Shown here in pieces: positions 52,494 through 64,000 of a DNA stretch of 64,000 nt. The notes beneath the pieces were generated by a model. It ran no database searches and was not told where the DNA came from. It worked only from the letters and a program-made list of their open reading frames with translations. Positions within the stretch are counted from its first letter, which is position 1. Each line of letters starts with the position of its first letter. The position numbers were made by a program, and so were the translations under genes. Origin of the DNA: the human T2T-CHM13v2.0 reference genome, Homo sapiens; NCBI RefSeq assembly GCF_009914755.1, contig NC_060931.1. The stretch is one strand, 5' to 3'.

Positions 52494-53596
52494 AGAAGTC
52501 TAATGTGTAGAACACATAAAAGCAGAGGAGCAAAATTGGAGTAGGGGAGGTAGCCCCAAGTCTGCACCCACCTTACCGCCCCCCTCAACCACTGCCTTCA
52601 TCTAATGGCCTTTAAGGAAAGCCCTAGGGCCCTTGAGAGCAGGGTCAGAAAGCACCGCACTAGGTAAGTAGGCAGCTCCGAGCTTCCCTTCCACTGCCTA
52701 CATCGTAAGCGTCTCTGCTCACACTCAGCCCCAAGCCTCCTGTGTCGAGTGGGATGAGGGTTTTCATTGTGTGGGTAATGTATGGGTTTTAATATTCAAG
52801 TTTGCAGTCTCTGTCTTTGATATAACCTGTGCATTTCTGAATAGGAACAATGTCCCTGGCGACTCCTCACTCTGAGCAGCAGCCAAATCTGCAGCCGGTC
52901 TCCCATAGAGCAATGCAAAAAGCCAGCAATAAAAAAACTCAATAGCAAATCAACAGGGTGTCGTTCTTGAACAAATGCACATTCATAATTTGTAACTGTG
53001 TAGTTATAAATCCCCTCCTAGAGCTTTGCTCTAACGACCCAAAACAGAGGATGCTTTTGTTTTTTTCTCCATTTGGGTATTTGGTGAAGGAGCAATGTAC
53101 ATTTGCCAAGAGTACAAATATTGATACTTTTTAGTACCTTAACGCCTTGCCTCAGATGCCGTGGAGTTACGAAGAATCAGTGCCTTGTTTTACCAAACAC
53201 TACCTCTGAAATAAAGTTCTTCTTGGCTGCAGATATAATTTCAGAGAAAAAAAAGAGTATATTTGATTTGCCACAAGAGGTTTAAAAACATAGGCCCCAT
53301 CACCAAATCCTCAGTGGCATGATTGTATGTGTGTATGACTGTATGTGTGTACATCTCAGCCCAAAATGTTCTCTCTAATCAATGTTAACTACATAATGCT
53401 TGGCAAAAGGGAGAACATTCCAGGGTCCATTGTATCTGAAGCTCAGCCCTTATTGAAAGGGGAAAAGGAAGAGGTCAGCAGGAAGAGAATTCTAGAGCAG
53501 AGATTATGTTCACCATTCAGAAATGATCGACCCTCAGCAACAGAGCTCCTGTTATCTTGGTGCTTAAGTTAGCAAATGACATTCAATTATTTGGAG

Positions 53597-53794
53597 CAGC
53601 ACTGATAATAGAATTCCCTAAAATGACAGAAATGTTCTATGTCTGTGTTGGCCAATACGGTAGACACTAACTACCACACTAACTACTTGAGCACTTGAAA
53701 TGTGGCTAGTGAGACCAAGGAACTAAAGGTTTAATTTATTTAATTAATTTAACTAGCCACATGTGGGTACTGGCTACTGCATTGGGCACCACAG
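53597..53794. mobile_element. MER3-type hAT-Charlie MITE
   Basis: gaaatgttctatgtctgtg...ttgagcacttgaaatgtggctagtgagacc.aggaact...tagccacatgtgg. Confidence 0.8.
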
Positions 53795-54654
53795 ATTTGG
53801 AACATTAAGACACTAATTTGGGAGGTTGTGGATGGACATAGAATCAACCATTCAGGCAGTCAGTCTGAGTATATAGAAACCAGAGATTTGAAGTTGCAAG
53901 ATACCTTAGCATCCTCATGTATCAGAGACAGTAGGGTTTAGGAACTTCATGTTAAATGCTAATCAACATAATGGAATTTGATAGGAGTAATAGCAATACT
54001 TGGACACGCTGTCATCAGGAAGTTCAACCCATGTACAACCACCTGCCGAGATGGTTTTGGCCTTGAAAGAGCCAGGCTAAATGTCCAGCCACTTTTGTGG
54101 TTGCACAAAGAAGGCTGAACCTAAAGGGGCTGGAAGGAAAATAATATTCCCTGAATATCTACCCTGTACCAGGTGCTTTCACCAAGGGACTCTCATTTTA
54201 TCTTCACAACAATCCCACTCCCAGAGAGCAGGAAGGAGATAATGTCTCAGAAAAGTAAATGCTCAAGACTTAAACAGAGATTAAGTATAACTCTTACGGC
54301 TCAAACTCTGGTCATATTTGCACCAGAACCCCTCAGAAGGCATCGTGTCTCTCTTCTGATAAGGGCTTTCTCCAGTGGACCAGCTCCATGTTCGACTCCC
54401 TTCTCTTACTTTTTCCCTTCCATTTCTCATCTCCTCCCAATGTGCTTCCATCTCACCCCTGGTGAGCTTAGCTACCCACCAGTTCTCTCCACCCCTGCTG
54501 CAAGCTCCAGGCCCCCCATCTTTAGTTGCTATTGCAGGCACCTTGCTCCCACTTCATGCTCAAACACATTAGTTCTGAAACTAAGGTCTTGTCAACCTGA
54601 CTGCTTTTATGGTCTTTAACTGAAAGTTCTATGTTCTCCTGATATAAAATGTAA

Positions 54655-55110
54655 TAGCAACATTTATTCAACAAATACTTATTGAACACTGGGCTAGACA
54701 CAAAACAGACAAAGTGGTAAAAATGTAGACAAGGACCTTACCTGCAGAGCTCACAGTTTACTTTTGGACAGCTGTCAAGCAGGAAAGCATTCAATTATGT
54801 ATTCATACACGCTTATACTGGCTACACTGGGGCTATGAGAGCTTATAACAAGGGAGCCTGACCTATCTGAGGGTGGATGGAGCTGTTAGGAAGATGTGCC
54901 TCCAAGGAATGATGTTCCACCTGAGATCTGAAGAATGCACGGGAGCTGACCAGGTGAAGAAGCAGGATGGTGGGAGAGCTGTTTCAGGTGGTGGGAAGGG
55001 CAGGTGTTAACCGCCTAGGAAGGATCAAGGCTTCTTAGAGGAACTCAGAGTAAGCCAGCATGATTGGAGTGCAGGAAGCAGGGGGATGGTATGAGATGAG
55101 GTGGAGGGTC
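54655..55110 (-). mobile_element. L2 fragment
   Basis: catttattcaacaaatacttattgaacac...ctgagatctgaagaatg...gccagcatgattggagtg. Confidence 0.7.
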
Positions 55111-56411
55111 CTTTAAATTAGGAAAGTTCTCAGTCTTTACTGTTTATCCCTCCAGTTCGTTTTCAGTTTTTCTAGTGCTCCTATCACAGAGAATCTGACA
55201 GTTTTTCTCTCCTGAGTGTGTCATATGTTTTCTCATATCTTCATCCTTTTCTTGTGTCTTCTGGAAAGGATTTCTGGGAGAATTTCTCCACCTGATCTTT
55301 TACTTAACTCATTTATTCTTTGCCTTTACTCATTCTGCCCTTCAACTCATCTGTGGAATTCTTCATATCAGCTATTCTATTTTTCTCACCCAATCCTTGT
55401 AATAACTGCTCATTCCTGCTTCATGCCACCAACATCCTCAATTTCCTTTCTATGATGCTTATGATAATAAAAATAAGCATAGGATGATTCTTTTAAAATT
55501 GTATTCTGCCAGGTCCATTAGATGTACTTCATCTGTGTTAAGTTTTGCAGCCTGACACCTCTTGGTTGGTTGGTTTGTCCTCCTCAGGTACCTTCCACTT
55601 TTCCCATATATGAGCTCGTATTCCCTGGGGTGCAAGAGCTAACACAGCTGAGAATTTGTGCCTAGGAAACAACTTTGGCCTAAGTCAGGATTGGTCCCCT
55701 CCTGATGTTTCAGGGAGTTGGTGGAGCCTGCCTGGCACTCTAGTGTCAACTCAGAGGCACTAAGTTCCATGTGCTGGGCCTCCCCAAGTCACTCAGTGCC
55801 TGTGAAAGTCCCTTTATTGCCAGCAGTGGTTCCCCCTGTCCTGTTTGTAATAAGCTGCTCTCAGGATGGACAGACACACCTGGGAGAGGAGGCGGAGTCA
55901 GGGCAGTCAGGTCCTTCCACACCTGTTGTCCTCTGGGCCCTACTCCAGCCAGCCCTAAGCCTTCACACTTCCCCACCATGCCAGTGGATGCTGCTTCTAT
56001 TCTGCTACAGAATGGTTATAAAGTAAGAAATTATTCATATCCGATAATAGGGCTGGGAGAAAAAGGAACACAAAAATTAAGACACTTTTCTTTAGTTAAT
56101 TCTCGTCTACAGCATCCTGGCCTCTCTGGCTGTGTCTCTCCGCTCCTGACCCCCAAATACATACACGCAAATCCACATATGAAGCAAGCTCCTACCACCC
56201 TCAGTCTCTCTGAGCATTTCTTACTGCCTTTGCATCATTTTATTAGATTCTTCCACCTCCTTCTTACTTCTATATCATCTCAGGGTCAGGGTCAGGAAAA
56301 GAAGCTAAAACCCCACGCTAGCTTGCGATCTATTTATTTTTTATGTCTGAACTCAATGGTACAGATAGAAACAACTTTATATCTGCCCTACCTCTGCTGT
56401 CAAATATATTC

Positions 56412-56628
56412 TGCCTCAGTGCTGTTATCCTGGCAACCATCCTTTGTTCTTTGGTGTCTTTGTGGCTGAATGCAGGGCTGATTAAGGTAAGGCAAGTGAG
56501 GTGTCTATGGTGCAAAATGGAAGGAGGTGCCCATGCTTAGGGGCATGGAAGTGCCAGCCTTGTCTGACTGCCATTTTCTGCTCTCCTGAAATTTTAGTGT
56601 CTTCCTACCCATCACCTTGCACAACCTT
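56412..56628 (+). repeat. Copy 2 of the 217-bp duplication
   Basis: See copy 1; offset is exactly 8069 bp. Confidence 0.9.
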
Positions 56629-57944
56629 TTGCCCTATCTATGTCCCCTCACCTCTTGATGACAACTTGGAAAGATGCTATGGCTCTCCAAGCACTTCTAC
56701 TTACAAGAAAAGTCTCAATGTGGTCATTAAGACTGACTTTCAGGCATTAAAATATTTATCCAATATCATCCGAAATTCTGATCTGACAGCCAATCCAAAG
56801 CATCTCCCACCTGCTGTCAACCTTATGGGGGAAGGGCATTGATCGTTCTTTCCCGATTCTTGCTCATTCTTTCCTTAGCCCAGTGCCCCACAGCCCAGGC
56901 TCTGATTCTTCATAGAAATTATAACTAGAAGTTTCTAGTAGGAAAGACTGAGAAACCTGCTAAAGTGTCTTATGACAGGAAATAGCAGCTCTAAATATCT
57001 GCCCCATCCAGAGAGCACAATATCCTCTTCAAAACTTTTTTCTTTTCCCAACAGCTTTCTCCAAAATACCTTTCCTCTTGGCCTCTGGACTTTACTCTTT
57101 GATAGACATATAAGGTGGGCTGTGCGCTAAGGGTTGCAAAACTGTTTTGGGACCGCCCTTTCTGAAAGTCTTATATCGGTGAATTAGCACTCTGGAATGC
57201 AGGGGTATGTGCCAAGTATTGTTTTTGCTTTCTTTGTGGAGCCTCAGCCCATACAGAGACAGGAAAATACCATTTAAAAATCCTATGCCATGGGCTACTA
57301 TATATAAAACACAGGGCATATGGTAAGCATTTAAGGGTTCCCTTCATTCCTTTGGACCTAGCACAGACTTGTCTGGGAAAAGTGTAAGCCTTGCCACCCT
57401 CATCTCCCACTTGTGTTGCACAGCAACACCCGCCACCTTGCCACCCGCATCTCCCACTTGTGTTGCACAGCATCCATCTCTCCAGGACCACAGGGGTCTC
57501 TGTGGCCTGCACAAAGATGATCCTGATGGCCATCGGGAGGTACTGGTAGGTATGAAGGGAGCTCTCTCTACATTGCTGCTTTCGTCAGCCACAATACAGG
57601 CAAACAACAGTGGCCTTGGCCCTAAAAATGAGTCCTCACAACATGATTTATTGCAATTTCTGGTAAAAGACCATCAAAAGGATGAGACCCAACCAACTTT
57701 TTTGGCATGAAAAACTTGTGGCAGCTAAATGGGGCATTTCTTACCAAAAGGAGAGCTACAACTGAGAACTTCCTGAGCTCACCCCAAACATAGACCCTGG
57801 GATGGTGATGTTTGTCTACCAAATTATGAAATGCTAGCAGATCACTTTGTCCATTTGGTTCTAAGGACTGTCCATCAGGAGTGAGGGAACACTCATCAAC
57901 AATCTTTGAATGTTGAAGTAAAAAGGGATTGGATTGTTATCAGT

Positions 57945-58092
57945 GCCAGGTTCCTAGTGTGATAAGGTACTATAGCTATGCAAGATGTTACCACTGGGGG
58001 AAACTGGGTGAAGGGTATATGGGATTTTCTCATATTACTTCTTACAGCTGCTTATGTATCCACAATTATCTCAAAATTAAAGTTTTTTAAAA
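57945..58092 (+). mobile_element. L1MC/MD 3' tail
   Basis: gcaagatgttaccactgggggaaactgggtgaagggtatatggga...attatctcaaaattaaag. Confidence 0.75.
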
Positions 58093-58365
58093 AGGATGGG
58101 AGATAATCAAGTTTAATGCCTTCTATTTTTTGGTTTGTTTGTTCTTACTAGATTTAGAGTTATATCTAACTACCCTTTACAGGTTACTTTTTCTTACAGA
58201 AGCAAAGTCTGTTTTAAAAAAGAGAGAGAGAAAAATCCCAAAAAATAGGAAGAAAAACAAAAGTAGAACAAATTATGCTTACTTCTACTTCATGAATTTG
58301 ATGATGGTATACATTTTGGTGTATTTGTTTTCACGTGACTTTTACAGAGTTAAAAATAATACTCT

Positions 58366-58653
58366 TTTTGTTTGTCTTTTATAGAAATAGGGTCTCACTC
58401 CATTGCCTTGGCTGGCGTCCACTGGAATGATCATAGCTGACTGTAGCCTCAAACTCTTGGACCCAAGCATTTCTCCCGCTTTAATCTCCCAAGAAGTTAG
58501 GACTGCAGGTGTGCACCAACATGATCATTTTTTTTTTAATTTTGTAGAGATGGGGTCTTGGTATGTTGCCCAAGCTTGTCTTGAACTCAAGTGATCATCA
58601 TACACTGGCCTCCCAAAGTGCTGGGATTATAGGTGGGAGCCACTGCACCTAGC
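58366..58653 (-). mobile_element. AluJ
   Basis: Diverged antisense Alu, TSD aaaataatactct. Confidence 0.9.
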
Positions 58654-58721
58654 AAAATAATACTCTTAATATTGTACTTTTGTATATTTAATTTTGTATT
58701 ATGGCTTTTAAAATTAACAAT

Positions 58722-59609
58722 TGAGAAAGAAAACAGCAGCCTCTTATATCGGGGGCTGGCCAGGCATTCACAAGCAGGCCTTGGCATTCTCCTGCTGAAC
58801 AGGAACAATTTCACAGAACACAACCGTCAGACAAGGCCACTCTGTGTCCATGATATGGACCTAAACAGAAATAAGACCATTCGTAGTCATGTCTGATCAC
58901 AGACAAAACACAAACATTCTCCAAACCACAAAATAACCAAAGAAAGTATCCCTCATCTTGGCCAATATGAGTGACTGTTGTTTCTCTATCAATTACAGCT
59001 TTAGCTTCAGTCTAGTCTTCCCTCCTAGGTAAGATTTATTAAGATGTGGCCAGGCACAGTGGCTCATGCCTGTAATCCCTACATTTTGGGAGGCTGAGGC
59101 AGGTGGATCACCTGAGGTCAGGAGTTCGAGACCAAACAGGCCAACAGGATGAAGTCTCATCTCTACTAAAAATACAGAAAATTAGCTGGGTGTGATGGCA
59201 GGTGCCTGTAATCCCCAGCTATTCGGGAGGCCTGAGGCAGGAGAATCACTTGAACCCGGGAGGTGGAGGTTGCAGTGAGCCAAGATCATGCCATTGCCCT
59301 CCAGCCTGGGCAACAAGAGCAAAACTCTGTCTCAAAAAAGAAAAAAAAAATTAACAAAAAAAGATGCTCAGTCTTAGAATTCCCCTTATTTTCTGGCAGC
59401 ATCCAATTCAGAACAAAGCCATAGTCCTCAAAGCCCTTTCCAAATAATTCATCACAAGCCCAAATTCTGTAAGTCCTTTCTAACACCTTACTGAGACGCC
59501 CCACAGTTCTCTGTGGTGCCCATTCTCCCTTGCTGCAATGAGTAATAAGCTTAGCTTGTTCAACTACAAGTGTGTTTCTGGTGGCCTTTTGCTGGAGGGC
59601 ATCGAAACA
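58722..59609 (+). mobile_element. MER67-type ERV1 solo LTR, interrupted by an Alu
   Basis: aacaatttcacagaacac, cagacaaggccactctgtg, ttactgagacgccccac, ttgttcaactaca match the recalled MER67C. Confidence 0.75.
59048..59360 (+). mobile_element. AluS (Sq/Sp-like) nested in the MER67 LTR
   Basis: Full Alu with caacaagagcaaaactc, TSD aagatg. Confidence 0.93.
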
Positions 59610-60040
59610 AGATTATAAACATTCAACTGAGCTATGGCACATGCATCTTCATTCTCCTTTTTAATAGTTGCATTATGTTCCATTCAATGAATGGCCCATA
59701 GTTCATTTGACTCTAATGATAGACCTTCAGTTATCCTTCAGGTTCTCCATTTTGTAAATACCACTGTGACATGCACCTTCTTACATAAATATTTCTGGTG
59801 ATTTCCTCAGGTAAAATTAATAGAATTCCCAAGACAAATAGTTGGACATTTTTAAGGCCTTTGATGCATATTGTCTCTCTCTTCATTTTATAGAGGAGGA
59901 AACTGAGAAACAGATGGAAAATGACTAGTCCAAAATCAATAACTATCTAATATCAGGTTCAAGACAAAGATTTCCTGACTCTAAACACAGCTTTCTTTAA
60001 TTTTTTTAGACTACAATGGGAGATGTGTGCATATAAATCA

Positions 60041-60353
<313 letters not shown>

Positions 60354-61249
60354 AAAAGTTTTATGTGATATCCACTTAAGGTTGATTTATAGTCACTGAG
60401 ATTATAGGGACCCAACATGGGGTAAATCCTGTGAGCAGTTCTCAGCCATGCTGAGGTTCTCTGAAACCATCTTGCACTCAAGTCTCTCAGGCCACTGCGG
60501 ACAAGGATCCTTCCTAAGTGCTTTGGGTGCGTAGGTCCTGTAGGTACTAATCCTAGAACCTGTGGGCCCAAGGGAGCCTAGAGCTGCCATTTGTCCTCTG
60601 GGAAAGAAAACAAGCCAGCATTTCTCTAATGGGTGAAGACAACCAGGCCCATAAGGTGCAACCAATCAGTCCCAGGGAGACATGAACCTGTTTCTTCCAT
60701 TGGCTAATAAGAGTCATTCCCGGCCAACCAAATACCCAAAGTAAGAGAAACGCAACATTTGTTTTATCCCCCTCTGTTTTTGCCTATGCTGTTTTGGAAG
60801 CTATTTCATAGTCTTTATAGCCAGTTTTCTATTCCTAAGTTCTAGAACTTATATTCATTCATGTGTTTATTCCCTCATTCCTCAGGTATTTGTGGATTGT
60901 TTTCCGAGTACTGAGGATATAGAGATAAAATAAGACATGATTCCAGCCTTCCCTGAGTTCACACCATCCTGGAGGAGGCTGTCATGCAAATATTGACAGC
61001 CTACTCTGCCTAGAGTTAAATATATGTCAGTCCTGGAACCCCAAAAGCAGGAGGTAGAGTTAAGTCCTGCCAGGGAAGTCTTAGAGGAACTCACAGAGGT
61101 GACATTTGAGCTTTGTTTTAGTAATTTAGCAAAGAAAGAGAGTATGGAAAGAAGAAAGAGAACATTTTAGAGCTAAGGCTGAGTAAGTACAAAGAGGGGT
61201 GGAAGTGAAAGAATATATTCTGCACCCAATGGGGCTAAATCTTTCCAGT

Positions 61250-61480
61250 CTAGAGCCCAGACTTCTTGCCTTGTAATCAGGTAGAACTGGTTCAATTTCT
61301 GGCTGCATAGTGCAGATGATATTGGACCTTAGGCAGGTGTCTTTACCTCTTTGGAGCCTTGCCTCCCCATCAGAAAAATATAAATGATAAATACAGGCTG
61401 TGTTAGGTTATTACGAGGACCAAATGTAAAAACAAATGCGTAAGTTTTTAGCACCAGGCCTGACATTTTAAAAAGCACAA
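61250..61480 (+). mobile_element. MIR
   Basis: ggaccttaggcaggtgtctttacctctttggagcct...ccccatcagaaaaata...ttagcaccaggcctgaca. Confidence 0.6.
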
Positions 61481-63634
61481 AATAAACAATAAAAGATTTT
61501 CAGTAAAAGTTTTGTTTCTTTGTTCTTCCACTTGGGCCGTTCTGGGAAATACCCTGCTCAGAGAACCACAGTGATGAGCCTTGTGTGAGGTTAGCTTAGC
61601 TTACATGAATTCCATTTGCTCTTTATCGAAGGCTCTGCTCTGGAAGTAGTCACAAATCTTACAAAAACTCAACTGTTAATATAGCACAAGCCTGAAGAGG
61701 GGGCACTTACTGAGGACCCAGTGAGAGGAAAAAAGCAAAACGTCTTGCATTGTGTAAAACCTATTTTCCCAGTTGCATTGCATTTTACCTTTTTAAATTT
61801 AACAATAGCAGTAAATTTAACTTCAGCATTACCTGCTGACTCTGAATCTAAAGTACCTAGTAGGTGACTCACCTGTTTCTCTCAAGGAAGAGCCACTCAC
61901 ATCAAGTGTATTGGAGAAAGGCAGGGCTACAACCTACCTGATTCACACTGAGAATGTTGACTGCACACCAGGCCCAAATTGTAAGCTTAGTCCAGTAAGG
62001 AATCAGGGTCAGGTAATGAAGTGGGTTTGGGGTTAGTGTTGAATCTTGAGAGATCTTCTCCCTTTAACCCAGGATCTGTAACTACTTGGGGCAAGTTTTT
62101 CTGATTGAGTCCACTTGGGGAAGCAAAATATTTTAAACTATTCTCAGGAGCCTTCTGTAGACAAAGCATGAAGACACAATTTGAGGGGCCAAATATACTT
62201 CCAGGAAGGACACGTGGTATAACAGGGAACTTTGGAATGAGACTCATGGGGTACAAGTATCAGCCCCGTCACTCACTAGCTATGTCTTCTGTGGCAAGTT
62301 ACTCTACCTCTCTTAGCATCCATGTCTCCATCTATACAATGATTTGATGCACCTTCCTCACCTGGTTGATCTGACGAGTAAGTGAGATCATGCATTTAAA
62401 GCATCTGATTCCCCTAGACGTTAATTCAGTCTTGGTTTACCGTCCTTTCCCATCATATTCCTCTTGGTAGCTGCGAACGTGTTTACACTAATTAGGTAGT
62501 TCACCAATAGATACTGTGTTGCACAAACCTACACAGCACAGACACACACACTCACATACCCAGATGTCAGCCTTTCAGCTCAAAAGACATATTTCAGGAA
62601 TGCTGACCTCCATCTCAGCTCTCAGGTTCAGTTTCTGCTCTCTTCCCTCTGCCGTCTCCTCATTCCTGCACCAGACTTCCAGGGTCACCTCAGGGCCACT
62701 CGTGCTCTGCAGTGTCATCCCAGCCACCCTTCCACTACATCTCAGCCTCTCTAACCTCCCCACTGGAAACTAACCAGGGTGTTTGTCTCAGTCTGATCTG
62801 ATTCCATCCATCTGAGAATTGCCCCTGTGCAGTATGGGAAAGAAAAGCAGGCCTCCAGGTTAACTCAGTTAAATAAACATTTACTAAATGCCTTTTTATT
62901 TTTCCGGTTGGAAAGTGAATCCTACTCTGTGCCAAGTACTTTATTAGGTACTGCAGATATAGAGGTTGAGTCGTTTCTGTCCTTGATGAGCCAGGGAAGA
63001 CAGTCATGTCAATAAATAAGCACAAGCCTCTGTAATAAATGCAACCATGGCTATGCATCGGAGACACAGAAGTCACACATGAGATAGTCGGGTTTCTTCT
63101 GCTTGGAAGGAAGTGAGTGGATGGAAGAAATGTAAAGATAAGATGACAAGTCTGAAAAAAGGGTTTGAAGGATGAACAAAAGAGGAAAGCACACTGCAGA
63201 CAAAGGAAGCAACAAAAAATGGACCTAAAATATCCCAATAAGTCAGAAAAATCTAACTACTGGATCAGAAGACACAAGGAGAGAAGGAGAGTCAAACTAG
63301 AAAATTTACAGATAGGCAAATCATGGAGAGGGGGGCGGGTTCCCAAGCTACGTGCAGGGGGAAGTGACCTTCCTTGCCCCATCAAGAAGAGACTTTGAAT
63401 GTTATCATGAGAAGGAATGATGCCGTGTGACTTCTGTTGCAGAAGCTCATAGAAGCTGGAGGTGGGGGTGGTATGTTGGGATCAAGCCCTGAGGGAGGCG
63501 GGCAGGGAAAATAGGAAGCACACCTCACCAAGCTCACAGGAACCCGCAGGACCCGTGTAGGTGCCAAAGTGGGGCTGAGGATCAACTGGCCCGTTCATTT
63601 AGCTCTTCAGGAGCCCTAGCCAATCACTGGCTAG

Positions 63635-63984
<350 letters not shown>

Positions 63985-64000
63985 AGAATTGGCAGTTTTC

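Noticed and set aside
55771-56469. Longest ORF in the track (232 aa)
   Set aside because: Starts at a non-ATG codon (GTG), has low-complexity S/L/P/C-rich composition and no recognisable domain, and its end runs into the duplicated segment. Consistent with a chance ORF.

Overview
Mammalian, specifically human, genomic DNA: it is dense in Alu, L1, L2, MIR and THE1 repeats and carries a human-specific AluYb8. It contains one complete protein-coding gene on the + strand, PPP1R17 (G-substrate/GSBS/C7orf16, a PKG-phosphorylated PP1/PP2A inhibitor). The gene has a non-coding exon 1 (~19500-19587) and coding exons 24689-24806, 27765-27917, 29260-29412 and 39500-~40760. The spliced CDS is 82+153+153+80 = 468 nt, giving 155 aa plus stop. 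The rest is intergenic or intronic DNA with many transposon fossils, including a full-length Tigger1, a complete LTR-int-LTR THE1, solo LTRs, L1/L2/MIR fragments and Alus. I found no credible new protein-coding system; nearly all ORFs in the track are chance or repeat-derived. The most interesting observations are structural or regulatory: (i) exons 3 and 4 are a 153-nt phase-1 tandem exon duplication, each carrying one phospho-inhibitor motif; (ii) RFX X-box-like motifs recur upstream of, at and downstream of the gene; (iii) a gapless 217-bp segment carrying an X-box, SOX-like sites and a hAT MITE is duplicated 8069 bp apart; (iv) a young 5'-truncated AluYb8; (v) two perfect hairpin/cruciform repeats. 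Repeat subfamily names come from recalled consensus sequences, not from a RepeatMasker run.
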